This document shows positions 28,215 through 39,000 of a stretch of DNA of 60,559 bases, in pieces (the stretch's first letter is position 1; every line of letters begins with the position of its first letter). This stretch comes from a virus. Its lineage: Duplodnaviria > Caudoviricetes. The translations under genes and the position numbers were made by a program. The stretch covers positions 1 to 60,559 of the IMG/VR virus record IMGVR_UViG_3300020469_005303; one strand, written 5' to 3'. The notes under the pieces were generated by a model. The model had not been told where the DNA came from. It ran no database searches and saw nothing but the letters and a program-made list of their open reading frames with translations.

Positions 28215-29452
28215 TGATTGAATTTGTATACCCAACAGAAACAAGTACACTTTATAGCAATTATAATGTTTTAAACACAGGAGCAGATGAAATACTAGAG
28301 GTTGCTTCAGATTTTACTCCGACAAACGGTCCAATGATATCAAGATCACTTTTGTTGTTTTCCAATGAAGATATAATTTCCGATTACAAAACAACTAATA
28401 ATTATGTTCTAAATTTAAAAGTAGTACAAAGCATAGAACTTGAATCTAACACAGAACTTGAATTATATCCTGTCTCAGAGTCTTGGGAAAATGGAAAAGG
28501 AAGATTTGCAGATAAAGAAGTTTTATATCCTGGAGTATCTTGGTTATATAAAAATAAAGAAAAAGAAACATGGAATACAAACACACCAACCGAATATGAA
28601 TCAGGAGGTGGGTCTTGGTTTGACAAATACTACGACAATGAACTTAATGTTCAAAATCAACTAAGTTATATGTTCACTTTTAATAAAAGCACATCTGATG
28701 TAAAAATAGATATTACAGAACTTGTTAAATTTTGGAATATGTCTGCAATTGTGAATAATGGCATTATTTTAAAGTTCAAAAATGATAATACAAAACGATG
28801 TGGTAATGTCAAATTTTTCTCATCAAATACAAATACAATTTATCAACCTTACCTAGAAATTGGTAAATATGATTATATATTTGATCCATATGTATCTACT
28901 AATAATGTAAAAAATACAGAATTAAGGAATGAACAACTAAGTGCAGAATCACTAGACACTGGATCACTAGACACCGGATCACTAGATACCGCATCACTAG
29001 AGACAGGATCAATATATGAAGAATCAACAGAGATGTTGCCGATCAGCAAAAAAGAAACTCTAGCGGACGGAATAAAAGAATTAGATAGCACCGACTTGCA
29101 TATATTTGTAGAAAACATTAACGAAACATATTCAAAAACAAGTCTTGAAAAAATAAAAGTAGGTGTGAGAGAATCGAGTCCTAAGAAATCTTTTTCAAAC
29201 AGAATGAGATACTCAGGAAAAAATGTTACAAAAGAAGATATATTCTTTTCAGTAGTTGATGCTGAGACAGAAGAATTAGTAATAGATTTTTCTGAATTTA
29301 CTAAAATTTCATGTGACAACGGTGGACACTTTTTTAAATTTAATTTCAAGTGTTTGTCTCGTGGTAGGTTGTACAAATTTATTTTGAAACTAGAATCAAA
29401 TGACATTCGAAAAAAATATGAAGATAAAAGAACCTTTATGATTACAAATTAA
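28214..29452 (+). CDS. Putative baseplate/structural protein (DNRLRE-like beta-sandwich)
   Basis: NTGADEILE, SRSLLLF, PVSESWENGKG, DITELV..W, NNGIILK, FFSSNTNTIYQPYLE. Confidence 0.6.
   Translation: MIEFVYPTETSTLYSNYNVLNTGADEILEVASDFTPTNGPMISRSLLLFSNEDIISDYKTTNNYVLNLKVVQSIELESNTELELYPVSESWENGKGRFADKEVLYPGVSWLYKNKEKETWNTNTPTEYESGGGSWFDKYYDNELNVQNQLSYMFTFNKSTSDVKIDITELVKFWNMSAIVNNGIILKFKNDNTKRCGNVKFFSSNTNTIYQPYLEIGKYDYIFDPYVSTNNVKNTELRNEQLSAESLDTGSLDTGSLDTASLETGSIYEESTEMLPISKKETLADGIKELDSTDLHIFVENINETYSKTSLEKIKVGVRESSPKKSFSNRMRYSGKNVTKEDIFFSVVDAETEELVIDFSEFTKISCDNGGHFFKFNFKCLSRGRLYKFILKLESNDIRKKYEDKRTFMITN
28948..29007 (+). repeat. Four tandem 15-bp coding repeats (SLDTG)
   Basis: atcactagacactgg / atcactagacaccgg / atcactagataccgc / atcactagagacagg. 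Confidence 0.9.
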
Positions 29453-29453
29453 A

Positions 29454-30035
29454 ATGAATAAATCAAAAAACATTCCTGAGTATTTAGACAATAATAACTT
29501 TGACCAAACACAACTAAATAATCTATTGACTGGTACAAATGTGACTGAAAATATAGATGATAGTGGCAACCTTATTGTCGATATGAATAAAGAAGATATA
29601 AACAACAACATAACTCTTTTAAAACAAAATATTACAGAATTTTCTAATGACAAGATAGAACAAAACTATGATACTTCGTTTAATGAACTCATAAATGAAT
29701 CTGATGCCCAAAATAATGTTATGGTTGAAGAGGATATAAAACAACTTAGTGAAGATCAATTAAAACGTGAGAGTGTGCTTGAAAATCAACTAGATGAATT
29801 AGCAAACGTTTTAGAAAGAGAATCCCAACGCAACATTAAAATTCAAGAAGATGCTGAAACTAATTACAATGCAATGAAATCGGTTATATTAGAACAAAGA
29901 ATAAAAAATGGAGAGGGTGTAGACGAAGCAGATTTTTCAGATTCGTTTCCTTTTTTACCAAAAAGAGAAGAATCTTCAGAACAAAAAAATGAAACATCCT
30001 ATAATCCATCTCCGTTTGCAATTGAACCGACTTAA
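29454..30035 (+). CDS. Hypothetical acidic coiled-coil protein
   Basis: Clean ORF in structural operon; FSDSFPFLP motif. Confidence 0.7.
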   Translation: MNKSKNIPEYLDNNNFDQTQLNNLLTGTNVTENIDDSGNLIVDMNKEDINNNITLLKQNITEFSNDKIEQNYDTSFNELINESDAQNNVMVEEDIKQLSEDQLKRESVLENQLDELANVLERESQRNIKIQEDAETNYNAMKSVILEQRIKNGEGVDEADFSDSFPFLPKREESSEQKNETSYNPSPFAIEPT

Positions 30036-30054
30036 TCTTAAAACCTAAAAGGTT

Positions 30055-33000
30055 ATGACTGATATTTTACAACATACATTTGCATCTAAGTTTGACAGTG
30101 ATACTAACGTCATACGATCAAGTAGTATTGACTCGTCTGATTTTAATAAAATAAAAGATAGAGAAAATACGGGCGACTTATTTGGTGTAAATTCAAAAGA
30201 TGTTATAGAATTTTCTGCGTTTACACAAGACAACGAATTGGTTGGTTGGAAGACAATACAACAAACTCCAAATTATTCAACAAAAACAATATCTTACACA
30301 GATACATCCGGTGTAATTCAAAATAAAAATATATCATACTTGCAGTCGCTATATCCAAAAACAAGTGATGGTAATATATTGATATCACCTAAATATGAAC
30401 TAAGCCAACTAGGAATTGAGCAAGGAGAATATAAAGTTAGAATTGCATATCGAAATGATATCGTAGGTTCATTTGAAAATCCATATAAATTACAAATAAA
30501 AGAAATTTCTGCGTCAAGAACAGAAATAAAAGCAGTAACACAATCTTTTAAAAATTCTAGAAATCCAAATCAAATTTCATTTAACTTTGAGTATAGCAAC
30601 TTTTTAAACAAGCAAGTAATGGTTGCACATATAATTGAAAAACTCAGTAATATACTAAAAAACGAAACTTTTGTTTCTGAGTTAGATTCTAAAGAATTTT
30701 CCCAAAAAACTTCTGATTATTCATTTTATGTCAACAAGGCGTCCAAGTCATTTTCGTTAACGGAACTTGAAATATTGAAAGAACTCGATTCAATATATAA
30801 AAACTTAAAAGATACATACATGAGTTACTTGTATGGAAATTATAATGAAGTTTTCTCGCAAAACAAATTTTATACAGATTACATTAATTTAGTCGATTAT
30901 ACATTAAATACTTTTTCTAGATTCGTACAAGAAGAAAACACGGACATAAAACTTTTTTATAAATTTATGTTAATACAGATGTTTAATGAAACTGAACTAG
31001 ATAATTTATTTAAAAAAAGATTTGATACATATTTGCTTAATGGAATGAACTTCGGCAATGGCTTGTTTATTCCATTTTTAAAATACTCAAGTGTTAAAGA
31101 TGAAATGTTGTCTTCAAACTCGAATGATGTGTTACTAATAAAATTATTAAAACCACTTGACGAATCTATTACAGAGGATGTTAATTTTCATATATCACAA
31201 AATCCGTATTCCGATGATATAGTAAAAAGTATAATATTAAGATCAATTGTTGATAAGAGTTCAACAACATTTAAACTTAGAGGTCCTAGTTTATCAACAA
31301 AACTTACATCAAATGCAACAAAGAAATTTTCATTAAGTGACGAAGAAGAATCTAAGTTGCTTGAGGATGATACATCGAGTGCAGAAAACTATTTCAAGAC
31401 AACAAATACGGAAATAGAAAATCTGTATATAGATTACTCTGACTTTAAAAACTTTGTAAAATTTTCTTCTGCAAGAGCAAGACTAGATAATTTTGTTTTA
31501 AAACTTACAAACATATCTAAATTTAAATTTAAAATTCAGGAAGCAATACGGAAGATAAACAAACTAAACAGAGATGTAGCATCGGGATTTCTTAATTCAA
31601 CAGAGGCAAGCAGATCACTTGAGATACTCAAAAATGAAGACATCAAAAAATATAATGAGGGAATTGTCGAAATCTTTAAAACATTTACTCCTTATGATAA
31701 ATTTCTTTATTACGATAACGATAACGGTGCATGGCCACGTGAGACATCATTTAGTATAAATGGATTTACGGGTGCAGTAGATGGTGCAAATGGATTGTAT
31801 AAATTACACGCATCAAGAAAATACGACCTTGATAAAGTGTTTTTAAATGAAATAAACTCATCGTGGAAAATTATATGGGACTACACCGTTTCAAAGTGGA
31901 AGCTTTTCAATGAAGAATCTGACGTATTTATCTATTCAAACGGCGCCAATCTTAATTCGGGATTTACAGCCAATAATACTAATAATTCTGGATTTGGAGG
32001 CCAAAGTTCATTATTTAAAATAAATTTACTAGAAGAATATACAGAGGGAACTGCTATATTTCCACCAGAGTTAATACCACTTGATATAATAGAATTTCAA
32101 AAAAGTGATGGGTTTGCTTGGTATAAAGGAAAAGCAAGAGAAGCAGACTTATACGACAAGTATAATGACGAATCGTTGTATAATAGTATTCCAGAATTTT
32201 TAGTAAGAACAAATGAAAACGAAGAGTTTACTTTGTTTTTAGGAATGATTGGAGAACAATTTGACATACTTCATGTATATACAGAAAATATGACAGAGAT
32301 GTCCTACACTCGAAACTCATTTAAAAAAGGAATACCAAATCAATTAGTTTGGTTTGTTATGAATTCATTTGGAGTTAGATTATCCGGAAGAACATCGGAT
32401 CAACTTACAATTGGCAAGCAATTTGAAGAAAATCGTGACAAAGTATGGAGACGAGTCTTAAACAATTTGCCATATATATTAAAAACCGCCGGAACAGAGA
32501 ATTCGATAAGGGCATTATTTACTTGCTACGGAATTCCAGATCATTTATTTAAAATAAGAGAATACGGAGGAATCAACTATAACACCGACACAGATGAATC
32601 AGATGTAAACTTTAAAATAGATACATACGATTATTCATTACAAATAACCGATTCTGATCAGTATCTTGATATACCAGTTGATTTAGAAGAAGAAAATAAC
32701 ACAAAAGTTTCAATTGAGATGAAACTTAGTATAGGAAGTGAGTTCTTTCAAAATACACAAGAAACAATTATTTTTAATGAAGATACAAGTGAGAGATTGC
32801 CGTCAAATTTAGGCATGGGTGTAAATATTGAGAAATTATTGAATTCAGACGAAGACTATATAATAGGTTCTACAAAACCAATTTTTTATACTAAAGGTCA
32901 AACTCAAGAATCTTTTGTTCCTGATTCTTGGAAAGACGATGATTCTGTTATGGCACTTTCTTGGAAAAATTTCCGTGAAGGGGTTTCATTTTCGTACCCT

Positions 33001-36000
33001 AAAGTTAAATCTGGAACTGAACCTGCGTTCGTTACAATTTATTCAGACAGAGCAAAGAAAACTAAAGAAATAGTAAATGAACTTGGTCAAGTCGAATCAG
33101 TAGAGTATTACGACCCGTTATATACTCTAGCAGAAATTGGAGCACAAGACACATTAAACGGAGAAATAGTGAGATTATCATTTAGTTTTTCACAAGACGC
33201 AGAGATAACAAAGGGTGAATACAGGAACGATGACCATACACTAGACTTTAGATTCGAGGGAAGTCTTGAAGGAAACCACTATACTATAAGTGAACTAAAA
33301 CAAAATGGATACTTAAATAATAGTGGATTTTACTCTATTCTACAATCAAACAGAAATTGGGAGTTCGGAATATTCAGAGATGATAAATTTAAAGATAATT
33401 ACGGAAAATTTTATTTAAATTTTTATAATACAGATGGACTTATTTTATGTCCAAGTAAAATGTCTGATCCAATATATTTTGAGGATAATTTTGAGTATGA
33501 CATACTAATTAATTGTAAACAATCTGATGTAAATACTGACTCGGAAGTTACATTGTATGTTAAACGAGTATATGATTCCTCAGAAGTTTTTTCAAGTCAA
33601 GAAAATTTAGTAATTACAAAATATTCAGCAAATAATATTGTTAAAACAAAAAATTTGTATTTTGGAAATTACAACCAACAAACCCAATTTCGTGGTAGTA
33701 TTGATAAACTTAGAATATATAAAACTGACATTTCTGAAAAAAGATTTTTAGGTCATATCAATAATAATCAAGGATACGATATTGATAATTTTATTGAATT
33801 AGAAAATGTGCTTGTCACTAAAATTAATTTCGATCACCCATACTCATTAGTAGGATCAACGGGTGTCAGCTCTGAACCAGGTATTTTGAAAAACTATGCT
33901 TTAGTTAATAATAAACAAGATGTATTAGCATACAATTTCACCAATACAACATATCCATATCACTTCATTGGAAAAAACAGGACCGAGTTAAGTAACCTGC
34001 CATCAATGGCCGGAAAATCATTTACTAACAATAAAATAAGAATTGAAAACCAAACAAAAATAGCAGAACTAAATCCAAGAGCAAGATCAACAAAAAAATC
34101 AAATGATAGAAACAGCATTGATTCAAATACACTTGGTGTATATTTTAGTCCGACTGATATAGTTAATCAAGAAATTATTAGGTTTCTTGGTCAAATAAAT
34201 CTTGGTGAATTCATAGGAGACCCACAAGAAACATATAATTATTGCTACAAAAAATTTGAAAGTCTTCGTAAAATATTTTTTAAACACGGGTTTGGCAAAC
34301 TAGATATCCAAAAGTATTTCAATTTAATAAAATCATATATTGATCCATCTTTATTTGAAAATCTAGAAAAACTTGTTCCGGCACGTGCAAACTTAATTTC
34401 TGGATTATTAATAGAACCTTCTTTATTAGAAAGACATAAAATAATACCTCCTAGAATAAAATCATCTACTTGGATTGATTTAGACGGAAACAAAAGTGCA
34501 GATAAAGAAAAAATAACTGAAATTTTAAATGTTGATTTTAATGTGGGTTTGAAGGGTAATATTTCATCATTTGGAAACGAACGGCCTTACATTTCAAATA
34601 AAACTGGTGAATATAAATTGACACATGATTCGGATATAAAAGTTTTTAAAAATGATTCTGAGTTTACATTTAATTATAATTATTGCGGAAACCTGGTAGG
34701 AGAGGATATATCAGATACATCAAAAGATATATTCACAATACACGGAATAACTGAGCAAAAAGGAAAGTTGTTTAAAGTAGAAAAAATAAAAGAGCAAAAA
34801 AAGATAGGTGTTCAATATAATGGTAAACTTATAGATTACGATATATTTCTAAATGATGGAATACAGATATCTGGATTTACCAACGGAATGGAAACTGCAA
34901 ATGGAATATATGAGTTTAAATTTAAAGGTGCATCGGGTCTTCCTGTCTTTACAAATCAAAGTAGAATGTGGTGGGTTTTTTACTCAAGTTTTAAGAACAG
35001 ATGGATAATAGCGTCAGATAATACGGTAGATGGGGGTAAATACCTTGCATTAAATCGTAATAGAAATTACGAAAATTATACATGGATAAGTGGTAATAGG
35101 ATTGTAGATAGTAATACTAATACACCCGAGTGGTTTGGTACGGGTTTTAATAACTCATTAGAATCAGACAACCTTCCAGTACGAGATTTTGATTACTTTG
35201 GTCGTGTTAGTTTTATAGCAAAGTATGATAGGTTCATAGAATGTGAAGCATATATAAATGGATGGGTGAACGCAGAGTTATATGGAATTTATAAAGGTTC
35301 TTTCACAGAAAAATTTGTAACAGAAAATAACGAATTTGAGAATGTTAATAAACCAAAGAGTGATTATACATTTGATGGTGATAAAAGATATGTGTTTTTA
35401 AACGGAACATTTCGTGGGAAAATACAAAATGGATGGGTGGGGAGTGATAAAATTCAGCAAACCGATTCTGATAAAAATATAAGAATTGTTGGTTTCTTTG
35501 ATGGAAAAAATTATGAGTCATGTGATAAACCTTATTATACATCGGGTCTTATAAATTCATTAGTCAGTTTTGACAACCGTGATAAATTAGTATTTGATTT
35601 TAGAAATTATAACAGCAATAAAGTAAGATACACTACGAAAAACTTTGATAATATAAACTTAGTCAAAATTCCAGAAAAATTAAAGCATACAAACGATATT
35701 GATTTTAAATTTATCTCGGATTTTAATATAAAAAATCAAGGTATTTCTGATGTAAGTGATTTAAGCAGTGGTCAAATTAGAAAAAAGCATACAATTAAAA
35801 CAACAGATATATTTTATTCACCAAATGTATATAATGTGTCAGTAAAACATGATATAAGTTTAAATACAAATTCAATATTGAATATAAAATTTTTAGCTAA
35901 AAAAATTAAAATCAGAAAAAACACTTATAAATTAAATTTAAAAAATTCTAATATAAAATTCAATTTCTATAATGATGAATATAAAAACCTAGAAATTATA

Positions 36001-39000
36001 AGTAGGGGCAGTGATTTTCAACCGAGTTCTGTATATAACCAAAGTGGAGAAAAATTAAAAACTAACACACGAAGTCTTATACGTAATATTAGAGAAAGTA
36101 TAAAATATAAGCATAATGAAAAAAATCTAAATGAGTTTGAAAATAGTATAATAGGAAATCTTGATTATTGTCTAGTTTATGTTGGAGAGTCTATTGAAAA
36201 TTTTGATTTTATATTTTTAATACTGCTTGAATCGAGAAAAGAAATAAAGACAAATCTAAATTGTAAAAACTTCTTTCAGAATACAATAACTACAAAAAAA
36301 GATACAAAAACATTCTTCAAACCAACTCCAATGTTAGTTGAAAATATTCCATTGTTTGTAAAAAAAATTGAGATAGTAGAAAAAGGAAAAGGATACACCG
36401 GTGAGGAGTTAGTCGAAATATATGGAAACCGACCAAACAACTGGAAGTCATCGTGGCCACAAAAAATAAAAGCAAATAAGTTATTTAAAATAGATAATAT
36501 AACCGGAGAAATAACAAGTGTAAGGTCTGATAATTTTATGCTTACAGGAGATAACTGGTTGACAGATTCTACTATTACATTTAATGATACTCCAAAAATA
36601 AAAATTGATCCACCTATAATTGATAATAAATATTCAACACGTGAAAGTGCAAAATTTTATATAATAAGTGGTGATCCAACTCCAAGTGTTAGTGCAGATG
36701 TAACTCTTGAAAATTATGTTGATCTCGAACTAGGAGACACAATTGGTAAATCTTTAAACTCTGCAAATATGTATTTTGAAGGAAGAGACTTGGTAAAGTA
36801 TGACACGGGTTTAGTTCACACAAAAAAAATCAATATACAAACTTCAGAAAAAACTTCAAGCAGAAGACTCAATCCAACTGAGATTATAATGTTTTCAAAT
36901 GAATCAATCTTAGACTTTGAATTATATGTAGATAACAAAATAAAAGAAGTAATGAGGTCAGATATATGTGGAAATGAGACACCAATTTCATCTGACACAT
37001 ATGAGATTCAAATTACAAGTTTTTACGATGATGGAGACATTGATTATGGAATTTCTTATATTAAAAACAGAGAACTCGTAAATAACTTTTTTATAATATT
37101 AAATGAAGAAAAAAGTAATGAACTAAATTATCAATTAACTGATGAGCAATTTGTAAATAAAATATCTAAAGTAAATGAAAACAAGTATTCCGAGGGATAT
37201 GTAAGAATTAACGGTTTTACATCTAATCAATCATCAGCAAATGGCAATTACAGATTCAGGAACGATATATCTTATTGCGATAATTATGGATCATACAATG
37301 TACCGATTCCAACCTACACATCCGAAAACACAGAGTGGATACTTACATATGAAGAAAATATTAATAGATGGAAACTAAGAAATATTAAAAACTTCGATTT
37401 TATAGTATCAAATACAAAATACTTAGAAGATGGTTTTCTTGCGAATAAAGATAACAACCAAGGTTTTTACACAGGAAAAGAAGTAATAATAAACTCTGAA
37501 AACACCGTTGACCAAAATGGATTTGTATACAATTCATCTAATGACATTATCGGTAACAAGTTTCAAGAAGCAAATGTTTCAGTAAGTAACAGATTCAAAA
37601 TTGTCCCAAATAAACTTTTATTTAAACTTGAAAAAGAAAATTTTAATAACTTTCTGATTTGGAAAATAAATATTAAATCTAAAACAAACAATAAATTTGT
37701 TTATGAAATACCACTTGTGTATATAAATTCAGACGCAACAGATGAATCGTTCGTAGAAAAATATAATAATATAGAAAGTAAACTAAATACTCTTGATATT
37801 ACTCAATATCAAGAAACGAGTGCTTGTAATTTAAACTTTCAAAATGCAGTAGTTTGGAAAATAAAATCAACGAATGAACAAAGTGGTGAATTTTCAAATA
37901 GTAAAAAAATCTACACACAAGGTTTGACTTATTTAAATGCAACCTGGTTTTCAGATGATAAAGACTTATCAATGAGCGGTAGATATTCTTATGTTTTTGA
38001 CAAAATAACTAATGCGAGTAACTCACTAATTGAATTTTCCGAACTGACCAATCTTTGGAAAATTAAAACTATAAACAGAGAGAAAGCATTAATTATTAAT
38101 AATAATTATCCAAAATGTGGGGTATACAAAACAACGACAAAGAACATATATGGTATATGTGAATACGAAAAAATAGATGATGATATAGGGAGTGTTGCAA
38201 TTAAACTGAAAAATCTTACAGATGAATATGAAAGTGCAAATGGGTTATATTATATGTATGGATATTTAGAAACTGGTGAATACTTGTTTAGGAACAAAAA
38301 TTCACCTTGGTTATTTTTTACTCAAGATAATGGAATAACTTGGGAATTAAGAAATGACAGATTATATCCAACACTAAAAATAGTTCAATATAGTAAAATT
38401 GATCAAGTGGGTGTATATACAAATAAATCTGAAACACTCAAACTTTTTATAAATTTTGAATTAGATTTTAGTTTTGACAATAATCGTGATTTTCTAAATG
38501 TTAATATTGATTCACTAAAACTTACGAGTGACACAAATAAAATGTTAGTATATAACAAAACTGGTTACGAAAAAAATATTTCAGATGATTTTAATTTGTC
38601 TGTAAATCTTCAAGTAATCAATGCAGAGAAAACTACAAAGTATTGGTCCTCTATTCCTTGTAAAAATGATAAAAATATTAATGATTTTTACTTGCACAAT
38701 AATTTATTTTTAAAATCAGAAAGTGAATTACTAGTAGACACGGAATATAATAAATTTAAATTAAAACTTAATGTAGAAAAGTCAAAGCATATTCTTAGTA
38801 GTAGTGTAAATCAATTAATAGACTTAGAAGGTATGTCAAACGACAGACAGATTGTATTAGATAACTTTTATGATAATAGCTTTAAAACAGACATGGTATA
38901 TGCGATAGGATCAATAGTCCATTATAGTGACATCATGTGGGAGTGTATCAAAGAGACTCCAACAAACAGAAATGTAATACCTGGAGTCGATTTTGAAACA

